Part shown: piece after piece, positions 1 to 8,184 of the stretch
How positions within the stretch are numbered: the stretch's first letter is position 1
Layout of the letters: each line of letters begins with the position of its first letter
Assembly: GCA_021298835.1 (NCBI GenBank)
Contig: JAJTHG010000029.1
Location: forward strand, 1-58,145
From: Gemmatimonadota bacterium
GTDB taxonomy: Bacteria > Gemmatimonadota > Gemmatimonadetes > Gemmatimonadales > Gemmatimonadaceae
Direction: 5' to 3'
Length of the DNA: 58,145 nt
Notes under the pieces: generated by a model
What the model saw: only the letters and a program-made list of their open reading frames with translations
What the model was told of the DNA's origin: nothing
Database searches by the model: none
Program-made: the position numbers and the translations under genes

Positions 1-3000
1 ATGGCCGGCGCGGTCACGGTGACCGTCAGAGGATAGCCGGCCCGCACCGGGGCCTGCGCCGCCCCGGTCGCCGTCGCCGTGACCGTCGTCGTGCCGGCGA
101 CGAGGCCCCGCACTCCGAAGGTCGTGCTCGCGCTGCCGACCGGGATCGTCACCTGTGCCGGCGACCCCGCCGTGCCACCCACCACCGGCACCGCCACGCT
201 CGGCGTGCCGGTCGCGACATCCACGACCACGGCCGCACCACCCGCCCGCAGCGCCTGCTGGGTCACGTTCGTGCCGGCGGCGTTCAGCGGCCCGACCCAC
301 GCCGTCCAGCTCAGGTCCGCCGACAGCGTCGTCGTCGCCGTGCTCCCGCTCGCCTCCACCCCCAGCGGCCGGATCGTCACCGTCGCCGGCGTGGGCGCGG
401 TGTAGTACTGCGCCGGCGCGGCGCTGATCGTCGCCGTCGTCGCCGTCGTGAGGCCTTCGAGGCCGCTGTAGAAGACGCTCACGCTCGAACTGCCCTGCGG
501 GATCGTCAGCGTGAGACTGCCCGTGCCCGTCGTCGTGGCGTTCGGTGCCAGCACCAGGCGTGTCGGGTCGGACGACGTGAAGGTCACGCTCACCCCGCCC
601 GCCGGGGCCGCGGTCTGCAAGTTGTAGCTGATGGACGTCGTCGTTCCCGACCCGACCTCGCTCACGCCGCCGAACGAACTGCTCGGCGCAGGATTCACGG
701 TCACCGACATCGAGTCGGACGCAAACCCAGGCACGGTCGCCACGACGAACGTCGTGCAGGGGGTCGGCGCGGAGCCGCCGTAGCCGAGCGCCGTGGCTAC
801 CTGGGTCTGCCCCTGCGGTACCAGTACTGACGTCGGCACGTTCACGCAGGCGGGATTGCGCGCCGTCAACGACACCGAGATGCCGCCGCTTGGCGCGGCG
901 AACGCCGAGCCGCCACTCGTCAACCGCGACGTGATGACCGCGCTGCTGAAGGCCGTATTCAGGGTCGCCGACGTCTCGATGACGTCGAGGGCGGCCGTGA
1001 CCGTCACGACGGACGTGCCGGTGGCCAGATTCGGGCCCGTCACCGTGACGGTGGTGGAGCCCAGTCCGATACCGTCGAGCAGCGCATTCCCGATCACGAA
1101 TCCCTGCGGCACAACGACCGTCTGCTGCAGCACGGTGACCCGGGTCGGATCGGCCGAGGTGACGGTGAGGGTCGTGCCACCGGGCGGCGCCGGTGTGGGG
1201 AGGGTGATGGGGAGCGTCGTCTGTCGCGTGAATGGTGCGTTGAGTGACAGCGGTACCGAGATCGTGTTGGTTGATACCGGCACCACCAACGAACCGTCGG
1301 TGTAGCCGGCCGTCGTTGCCGTCAGCGTGGCCGAACCTGCGGCGACACCGGTGACGGTGAACGTCGCGGTGGTACCGCCGCTGGCCACCAGCACGGTGGT
1401 CGGGGCCGCGACCGACAGCACCGACGCATTCCCCGAGCTCAGCGACACCGAGACGCCGCCGTTCGGCGCCGGCCTGGCCAGGGTCACGCGGACCTGCTGC
1501 GTGCCGTTCACGCCGACGAGTGGGGTGTTGACGAGCGCCACCGTCTGTCCGGGCAACGTCGCGGTGGCTCCGACGGTCACGCTCGGGTTGGTGCCACCGG
1601 TCGCTTGGGCCGTCAGGGACTGGCCGCCGGTGGTCGGGCCAAGGGTCCACGTGGTCTGGACGCGTCCTGTGGCGTCGGTGGTCGCACTCGACGGCGTCGT
1701 GCTCCCCGATCCGGTGAACGAGACGGTCACGCCCGGGAGGGGCGCGCCGCCAGCGTCACGAACTTCGACGACGATCGGCTGCGGCAGCGCCGCGCCCGTC
1801 AGCCCCGACTGCGCATCGCCACTGACGATGACCATCGCTGCCGGCACCGGCGCGGCGACATCGATGGCCGTCGTGGCACTGGTGAACTCGGCCTGCGCCG
1901 TCACCTGCGAACCGCCCGGTGCCGCGCCGGTCACCACGGCCTGCCGCGCGCCGGCGCTCGTGAGCGTGAGCACGGCCGCGTCGGCGACGCTCCACGTGAC
2001 CGGCACGCTCGCGGGGACCGTGCCCCCGATGGCGTCGGTGGCGGTCGCGTCGATGGTCGCGGTGCCGCCGACGACGATGTTGCCGTTCGTCGGCGTGCGG
2101 GCGAGCGTGAGCTGCGCGATCGGCAGCGGGTCGGCGGGCAGGAGCGTGCGCCGTCCCGCCGCGACGGGATCGACCAGGATGCCGGTGCCGAGCGCGACGT
2201 TGCGGCCGACGCACCAGCGATCGCCCACGGCATCGACCGCGCAGGTGTAGCGATCGCCCACGGCACCCAGCCGCACCGGGTTGCGCGCGTTGAGCACCGT
2301 CGCGGGGGTCGGCACCCACGTGCGGCCGTTGACGCTGCCGCGGCCGGTCTCGCCGTTCTCGTCGTTGCCCCAGCACCACCAGAGCCCGGTGCCGGTCGCG
2401 CGCCCGCACGTGAAGTAGCCGCCGACGCGCAGTTCGGTGTAGCGCGTGAGGCCGTTGACGGCGACGGGTTGCGGGGCCGACTGCGGGCCCGGCACGACGC
2501 CGATGCCGCCCTGCCCCACGAACTGGTCTCCCCAGCACCACGCCTGACCGTCCGTGGCGAGCCCGCAGCCGTGGAACCAGCCGTTGACGACCTGCGTGAA
2601 GCGCACGGTCGTGGCGAGCGGCGTCGGGGACAGCACGTCGCCGGCGTTGCCGGTGCCGGTCGTCCCGCCGAAGCCCCAGCAGTAGCCCTGGCCGTCGGTG
2701 GCCAGCGCACAAGCCCCGGAGCTGCCAGCCGAGACGTCGGTGAACCGGGCGCTGGTGTTGACCGGCGTCGGGACGAGGCGGGGCGCGGTGCTCCCGCTGC
2801 CAAGCCGCCCGTTCGCCGGTTCGCCCCAGCAATGGAGAACGCCGTCAACGCGCACTGCGCACGCGAATCCCTCGTACCCGACGTCGAGCGCGACGTACGG
2901 GCCGGGAACGCTCACCGCCAGTGGCGTGAGGAAGCGGTCGGTGGTGGTGGCGTCGCCCAGCTGACCGGCGTAGTTGGCACCCCAGCACAAGACGCGGCCA

Positions 3001-5321
3001 AGGTCGTCGAGGGCGCAGGCGAAGCCCAAGCCGACGCCGACCTGCCGCCAGTTGCCCGCCGGCAGGGCCACCTCGGCCTCGCGCACGCGGTTCACGTTGG
3101 TACCGTCGGCGAAGCCGGCGTTCGGGTTCGTCCCCTGCCCCCGGCGACCGACGCAGAAGACGCGACCGTTGCGCACCGAGCAGGAGGCGTCGGGCCCGCC
3201 GTCGTCGCGCAGAGCGACGAGAGGCATCGCGGTGCGGGTGCTCGTCGCGGTGACGGCCCCCACCGTGGCCGTCAGGACGACCGCACCGGTCCCGCTGCCG
3301 CGCGAGAGGGTGAAGGTGCGGGGCCCCGTGCGCGTCACGCCGAAGACCTCCGGACGATCCACGGCGAGGTCGGCCGTGACGTCCACCGTGCCGCCGCCGA
3401 TGTCGCGCACCACGAGGGTCGCCGTGACGGGACCCGTCCCGAAGGCGTACGTATCGGCGTCGGGCCCGAGGACGATCTCGATCGCCGCCGCCGCCAACTG
3501 GACGGGGACGATCACCGTGTCGGCGACGACCGGTGTGACCGACTGGACCGTGGCCACGATTCGCGCCAGGCCGCCGGCGACGGCCGTGGCGGTCGCGGTG
3601 AGGGGGCCGGTCGCGCTGACCGTCGCGACCGTCGGGTCGAGCGAGGTCCACGTGACGGCGGCTCCCGGCACCGCCGTGCCTCCGTCGCTGACGGCGGCGG
3701 TGAGGGTCGCCCCGGCGCCGACAGCGGTCAGCGTCGGTACGGGATCCGGCGTGATCGTCACGGCCACGGAGGACGCGGCCGCGACCGTCAGGGTGGCCGC
3801 TCCGCTCAGCGCGGGGGTGGTGCCGTCCACCGTTGCGGTGATCGTGGCGGTGCCCGCCGCCACGCCGGTGGCGATCCCCGTGGCGGAGACGGCGGCGACG
3901 GTCGGGGCGCTCGAACTCCACGTCACGGTGGGGGAGGAGATCGCGGCTCCGCCCGCGTCGCGGACGACCGCTTCGAACGGTCGCGTGGCGCCGACAGCGA
4001 CGGTGCCGGTGGCCGGGAGGACGGCGACCGAGGCGGGAACCTGCGCGACGGTCACGGGGACCTCGTCGCGGACGAGGACCGGCTCACGACCCTGCACCGT
4101 GACGATGATGCGGGTCTCGCCGTTGGCCACGGCCGTGACGGTGCCGTCGGCGCCGACGGTGGCGATTGCCTCGTCGAGCGAGCGGTACTCGATGACGGCG
4201 CCTGCGACGACGTTGCCGCGTCCATCGCGCGGCACGGCGGAGAGCGCGACCGTGGCACCCAAGGCGCCGAGGGTGACGGTCCGCGGCGACGCGACGACCT
4301 GCGTGACGGCACCAGCCGTGGCCGTCGCGTCGAAGCGCGCGGGCACGGCGCTGCCGCTGGTGGCCGCGGCCTGCACGGGACCCGACGTGGAGCCGAGCGT
4401 CCACGTGGCGCTCGCGCGACCGTCGGCGTCGGCGGTGGCCTGCGCGGGGGTGACGGTCCCCTGCCCGGCGTTGGCGGCGAAGGCGATCGACGCCGCCGCC
4501 ACCGGATTGCCGAAGCGGTCGATGGCGCGTGCGACGAGCGGCTGCGGCAGCGGGGTTTCGATGGCACCGGTCTGGCCGCCGCCGGAGATCGCGAGCAGCG
4601 TCGCGACCGGACCGGCGCGCGCGGTGGCACCGAAGGCGAGTGTGGTGCCGGGCAGGCTCGGCGTCTCCGCCGTCGCCCTTTGCGCACCGAGGACCCGTTC
4701 AGCGAGTGTCCACGTGGCGCGGGCGACGCCGGTGGCGTCGGTGCGGGCGGTCGTGAGGCCGGTGCCGCCGGCGTCGCGGTCGAACGTGAAGCGGACCTCG
4801 GCGTCGGGGACGGGATCGCCGCGACGGTCGAGCAGGCGCACGGCGAGGAGTTGCGGGAGGGGATCGCCGACGGGGCCGGTCTGGGCGTCGCCGGCGACGC
4901 GCTCGAGGCGATCGGGGACCTGCCGGATGGTGACTAGGGCCGTCGCGCGCAGGACGCCGAGGGTGCGGACGAGGGCGGTCACCGAGGCGACGCCGCTGCG
5001 GATGGCGGTGACGGTGCCGTCGTCGGTGACGGTCAGGCGCGTCGTGTCGCCGGATTCCCAGCTGATGGTGGTGCCTTCGGGGATGTCCTGGAAGGCGACG
5101 CCGAACTGGTCGAGGAGTTCGAGCGTGAGGCGGGTGGAGGCGCCGTCGTCGAGGGTGAGGGGGGTGGTGGAGAGTCGGGCGGTGCGGACGCGCCGGGTGA
5201 CCGCATCCTCGGGGGAGGCGATGTACTCGGCGCAGGAGATGCCGGTGGCCCCGATGGCGGCCGCCGCGACGAGGCCGCGCCACCGGCGCAGCCACCCGAT
5301 CGCCCGCCCGGTCCTCGTCAT
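1..5321 (-). CDS. Giant secreted Big_2 (bacterial Ig-like group 2) / RCC1-repeat protein. It is partial: the C-terminus runs beyond the window start and the N-terminal ATG is at 5319-5321.
   Basis: Manual minus-strand translation in the frame whose codon top coordinate is congruent to 2 mod 3. N-terminus MTRTGRAIGWLRRWRGLVAAAAIGATGISCAEY is signal-peptide-like. Big_2 motifs such as VTWSSSAPTVAAVSATGIATGVAAGTATI occur near 3840-3960. RCC1-type repeats (GLWWCWGNDENGETG, RWCVGRNVALGTG, CWG...GQLG) occur near 2200-3200, followed by more Big_2 repeats down to position 1. The ORF track lists no minus ORF in this frame, which fits an open frame running off the window edge. The plus-strand 2974..5469 and 1605..4937 ORFs are its low-complexity shadows. 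Confidence 0.7.
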   Translation of the reverse strand, partial: MTRTGRAIGWLRRWRGLVAAAAIGATGISCAEYIASPEDAVTRRVRTARLSTTPLTLDDGASTRLTLELLDQFGVAFQDIPEGTTISWESGDTTRLTVTDDGTVTAIRSGVASVTALVRTLGVLRATALVTIRQVPDRLERVAGDAQTGPVGDPLPQLLAVRLLDRRGDPVPDAEVRFTFDRDAGGTGLTTARTDATGVARATWTLAERVLGAQRATAETPSLPGTTLAFGATARAGPVATLLAISGGGQTGAIETPLPQPLVARAIDRFGNPVAAASIAFAANAGQGTVTPAQATADADGRASATWTLGSTSGPVQAAATSGSAVPARFDATATAGAVTQVVASPRTVTLGALGATVALSAVPRDGRGNVVAGAVIEYRSLDEAIATVGADGTVTAVANGETRIIVTVQGREPVLVRDEVPVTVAQVPASVAVLPATGTVAVGATRPFEAVVRDAGGAAISSPTVTWSSSAPTVAAVSATGIATGVAAGTATITATVDGTTPALSGAATLTVAAASSVAVTITPDPVPTLTAVGAGATLTAAVSDGGTAVPGAAVTWTSLDPTVATVSATGPLTATATAVAGGLARIVATVQSVTPVVADTVIVPVQLAAAAIEIVLGPDADTYAFGTGPVTATLVVRDIGGGTVDVTADLAVDRPEVFGVTRTGPRTFTLSRGSGTGAVVLTATVGAVTATSTRTAMPLVALRDDGGPDASCSVRNGRVFCVGRRGQGTNPNAGFADGTNVNRVREAEVALPAGNWRQVGVGLGFACALDDLGRVLCWGANYAGQLGDATTTDRFLTPLAVSVPGPYVALDVGYEGFACAVRVDGVLHCWGEPANGRLGSGSTAPRLVPTPVNTSARFTDVSAGSSGACALATDGQGYCWGFGGTTGTGNAGDVLSPTPLATTVRFTQVVNGWFHGCGLATDGQAWCWGDQFVGQGGIGVVPGPQSAPQPVAVNGLTRYTELRVGGYFTCGRATGTGLWWCWGNDENGETGRGSVNGRTWVPTPATVLNARNPVRLGAVGDRYTCAVDAVGDRWCVGRNVALGTGILVDPVAAGRRTLLPADPLPIAQLTLARTPTNGNIVVGGTATIDATATDAIGGTVPASVPVTWSVADAAVLTLTSAGARQAVVTGAAPGGSQVTAQAEFTSATTAIDVAAPVPAAMVIVSGDAQSGLTGAALPQPIVVEVRDAGGAPLPGVTVSFTGSGSTTPSSATTDATGRVQTTWTLGPTTGGQSLTAQATGGTNPSVTVGATATLPGQTVALVNTPLVGVNGTQQVRVTLARPAPNGGVSVSLSSGNASVLSVAAPTTVLVASGGTTATFTVTGVAAGSATLTATTAGYTDGSLVVPVSTNTISVPLSLNAPFTRQTTLPITLPTPAPPGGTTLTVTSADPTRVTVLQQTVVVPQGFVIGNALLDGIGLGSTTVTVTGPNLATGTSVVTVTAALDVIETSATLNTAFSSAVITSRLTSGGSAFAAPSGGISVSLTARNPACVNVPTSVLVPQGQTQVATALGYGGSAPTPCTTFVVATVPGFASDSMSVTVNPAPSSSFGGVSEVGSGTTTSISYNLQTAAPAGGVSVTFTSSDPTRLVLAPNATTTGTGSLTLTIPQGSSSVSVFYSGLEGLTTATTATISAAPAQYYTAPTPATVTIRPLGVEASGSTATTTLSADLSWTAWVGPLNAAGTNVTQQALRAGGAAVVVDVATGTPSVAVPVVGGTAGSPAQVTIPVGSASTTFGVRGLVAGTTTVTATATGAAQAPVRAGYPLTVTVTAPA

Positions 5322-7414
5322 CAGAAGGGCCTCGACATCGCCAGCGTCAGGAACGATTCGCGGAAAGCGGGACGCGTGGCAAACGCCGAGTAGGCGTTCC
5401 AGCGCCCCTGCAGCAGCAGCGACGCCTCGTACGGCAGCTGCCACGTGGCCTGAACCCGCGCCGCGGTGACTTGGCGGCCGGCGGTGAAGGTCCGCGAGAG
5501 CGTAGCGGACGAGTTGAGCCGGTCCTTCCACCCGCGGGCCTGCGCGCGGAAGCCGACGAACGCATTGCGCTGCGCCGTGCCCCCGGCCGGTGCCGTCACC
5601 GCCCACGACAGCGAGGGCGCGAGCGCAATGGCATCGGTCAGGTTCACCTGCTCGCTCACGGTGACGTTCTGGACCGTCACGTCGGGGGCCAGAGGGCGCG
5701 GCGCCGCGTCATCGGTGCGCTGGAACGTCCATGCGAGGGTCGTCGTCGCCCTGCGGCCGAAGACGCCATGGGTGAGACCGGCGCCGGTGTTGAGCGACAG
5801 CATCCGCACGTCCCGCCGGAGACTGTCGTCCGGGGCATCGTTGCCGACGAGATTGTAGAGCGCGTTGGCCGAGAGACTCACCGACTCGACCGGCCGCACG
5901 CTGATCGCCGCGACGTAGTTGTCGCGTCCGGTGGTGAACGTCTTCTGGCCGAGGACGTTGTCCGCCATGCGTTGCGCCTGCAGCGACAAGGTGCCGCGCG
6001 CGCCGAGGAACGGGACGGCGCCGCCGAGCATCCACGAGCGGCGGTCGCCGATCAGGTAGCCGAGCCCGAGCGATGTGTACCCGGGACCGATGCGCTCGAC
6101 CTGACCGCGCAGCGAGACGCCGCCGAGGGCGAGCTGGGCCTCGCCGTTCCACGCGACGTCGCCGTGGGTGGAGAGCCGCAAGGGCATCAGGGGATCGAGC
6201 ACGTCCAGCGCGCCCCCTGCCCCGTCAGCGATACGCGGCCGCGTGATGTCGCTCGACAGCAGGGCGCCGGCCACCTCGCCCTTGAGGCGCAGGGTCTGGC
6301 GGAAGAGCGGAAGCTCGAGTGCGAGACCGCCGACCAGATTCTCCTGAGGGCGCGTGGACGCCTGCGGCCGCGGGCGGAACGGGTCGAGCAGCGTGTCGGC
6401 GACGAGCGAGTCGAGCGCGAGGGAATCCGCGATGAGCAGGTTGCGCTCGACCGAGTTCGGGTTGTCCTTGGCATGGGCCACGGAAACGCCGACGCCGAGC
6501 CCGCTTCCGTGGCGCCATTCGAGGTTGCCGGCCGACAGGCGGCGCTCGAAGACGAGCTGGTCGCCGGGCCGCGAGACGGCACGCTGGGTGCGCCCCGTCT
6601 GCACATTCGCCTGCCACCCGCCGAAGCGCAGGTCGAGCCCTGCCCCGCGCGACCGCACACCCTGCACCGTGTACTGGGTCAGGGGTCGCGAGAAGTCGCC
6701 GAGGTAGAGCTTGCCCCAGCTCCACTCCGGGTTGAATCCGGCCTGGTTGATGTTCTGCCGCAGCTGCGTCCCTTCGGAGGAGAACAGCGCGTCGGCGGTC
6801 GCGGAGATGCCGAAGCCGAGGTCGATGCGAGGCGACACCTGGGCGCGCCACGAACTCCCCGGGCGGCGACCCGGCTGGCCGACGCTGCCGTAGGCCTCAC
6901 CTGTCAGGTTGACGTCGCCATGGACGCGCTGCCGGGCGACGCCGTAGAGGGCCCGCATCGCACGCGGGTCGCGCGGCGGCGGCTGGGTGGCCGTGGCGGG
7001 AGCCGCTCTGGTCGCTGCGGCGCGGGACCGCCACGTGGAGTCGGCGCCGATCGCCGCTCGGGGGACCGTACGAGCCGGACCCCAACGCGACCGGATGACC
7101 GCTGACGGTCCGATCAACGACCGCACGGTCGCGGCCTGCTCTGCGGCGACGGACGCCGCGGCCCCGGGCCCATCGGCGGGTCGAGCACACGGAGCGGCGC
7201 AGGCGCTGTCGCGAAGGGAGGGACGCCGCACCGAGTCCGCCGATGCAAGGCGATCGCGTCGCCCATCACCGACGAACGACGGGACGGTGTCCCGCCGCTC
7301 CCCCCGGGATGAGACACCGCGCGGAGCCGCGATCGCGGCCGCGCAGGGCACGAGCATGCAAGCGGCGAACACGCCAATGGCGGTCGCCGGGCGTCGCCGG
7401 AGGCGTCGGATCAC
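5321..7414 (-). CDS. Putative outer-membrane beta-barrel protein (~697 aa).
   Basis: C-terminus ...RESFLTLAMSRPF ends in Phe, with alternating hydrophobic residues typical of OMP barrels. The body is Gly/Ser/Thr/Asn-rich with many short beta-strand-like segments. The proposed GTG start at 7412-7414 gives signal peptide V-IRRLRRRPATAIGVFAACMLVPCAAAIAAP and overlaps the upstream stop as GTGA. The listed ORF 5321..8239 extends further but that part is Arg/Gly junk overlapping the TPR gene. An alternative start at ATG 6958 would lack a signal peptide. Confidence 0.5.
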   Translation of the reverse strand: MIRRLRRRPATAIGVFAACMLVPCAAAIAAPRGVSSRGERRDTVPSFVGDGRRDRLASADSVRRPSLRDSACAAPCARPADGPGAAASVAAEQAATVRSLIGPSAVIRSRWGPARTVPRAAIGADSTWRSRAAATRAAPATATQPPPRDPRAMRALYGVARQRVHGDVNLTGEAYGSVGQPGRRPGSSWRAQVSPRIDLGFGISATADALFSSEGTQLRQNINQAGFNPEWSWGKLYLGDFSRPLTQYTVQGVRSRGAGLDLRFGGWQANVQTGRTQRAVSRPGDQLVFERRLSAGNLEWRHGSGLGVGVSVAHAKDNPNSVERNLLIADSLALDSLVADTLLDPFRPRPQASTRPQENLVGGLALELPLFRQTLRLKGEVAGALLSSDITRPRIADGAGGALDVLDPLMPLRLSTHGDVAWNGEAQLALGGVSLRGQVERIGPGYTSLGLGYLIGDRRSWMLGGAVPFLGARGTLSLQAQRMADNVLGQKTFTTGRDNYVAAISVRPVESVSLSANALYNLVGNDAPDDSLRRDVRMLSLNTGAGLTHGVFGRRATTTLAWTFQRTDDAAPRPLAPDVTVQNVTVSEQVNLTDAIALAPSLSWAVTAPAGGTAQRNAFVGFRAQARGWKDRLNSSATLSRTFTAGRQVTAARVQATWQLPYEASLLLQGRWNAYSAFATRPAFRESFLTLAMSRPF

Positions 7415-8184
7415 TCGGCGCCCCCGGCGCGCGAGCGCGCCACGGCCTGTGCCTCGTCGAGCCGCCCCATGCGCTGCAGGACCTCGACCTCGCGGTCGAG
7501 CAGCGTGACGTCCTTCGGGCGCCGCTGCCGCAGTCGGCGCACCTGCATCAGCAGCCGCTCGAGCGGGTACTCCGGGGCCAGCCCCACGAGCGACCGGAAC
7601 GCCGTCTCGTCCGTCGGCTCGAGTTCGAGGACCGTGACCCATGCCGCGGCCGCCGCCGCCTGTCGTCCGGTCGCGGCCGCCGCGCGGGCGCGGCCGCGAT
7701 GCCACGCCACCGCGGCGGGGTCCCGCCGCGCGAGCACGAGGTACAGTCGGCCCGCCGAGTCGGCGAGGCCGATTCGCATGGCGCGGTCGGCGGCGTGGCC
7801 GAGGATGGTCGCGTTGCGCGGATACAGCGCGGCAATGACGCGCAAGCGACGGTCTCCCCATGCGCCGGCCGCGGCATAACCGTCGAGCGCCATGCGAAGC
7901 GCCTCGACGCTCTGGTCGCGCAGGCGGGCGGCCGCCGTATCGGCCGATACGCGCTCGCCGGTGACGGCGCCGAGCAGCTTTCGCTCGGCCTCCTCGATCC
8001 CGCCCAACGCTGCCGCTGACGCGCCATCGAGTGCCACACGCCGGATCCCCTCGTCGCGGGTCGTCAATGCCGTCGCGACGGCCGAGCGCGGATCGCGCGG
8101 CTGTCCGCCGGCGACCGGGACGGCAGCGGCGTCGAGGACGGCCAACAGCATGGTCGGCACCACCAGTGCCCGCGGTCGCCTCAT
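7411..8184 (-). CDS. Secreted TPR-like helical repeat protein (257 aa).
   Basis: N-terminal signal peptide MRRPRALVVPTMLLAVLDAAAVPVAG. Ala/Leu/Arg-rich helical repeats (AVAWHRGRARAAAATGRQAAAAAAWVTVLELEP...). The start ATG overlaps the upstream stop as ATGA at 8181-8184. Confidence 0.5.
   Translation of the reverse strand: MRRPRALVVPTMLLAVLDAAAVPVAGGQPRDPRSAVATALTTRDEGIRRVALDGASAAALGGIEEAERKLLGAVTGERVSADTAAARLRDQSVEALRMALDGYAAAGAWGDRRLRVIAALYPRNATILGHAADRAMRIGLADSAGRLYLVLARRDPAAVAWHRGRARAAAATGRQAAAAAAWVTVLELEPTDETAFRSLVGLAPEYPLERLLMQVRRLRQRRPKDVTLLDREVEVLQRMGRLDEAQAVARSRAGGAE

Noticed and set aside
1605-5469. Long plus-strand ORFs 1605..4937 (1110 aa) and 2974..5469 (831 aa), plus minus-strand R-rich ORFs 1756..2832 and 2845..3921.
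   Set aside because: The A/T/V-rich plus-strand translation is the mirror of Big_2 repeat DNA. The true gene is the stop-less minus-strand frame with recognisable Big_2 and RCC1 motifs.
5471-7105. 544-aa plus-strand ORF opposite the OMP gene.
   Set aside because: Arg/Gly/Glu-rich junk composition. The minus-strand product has an OMP-like C-terminus and sensible composition.
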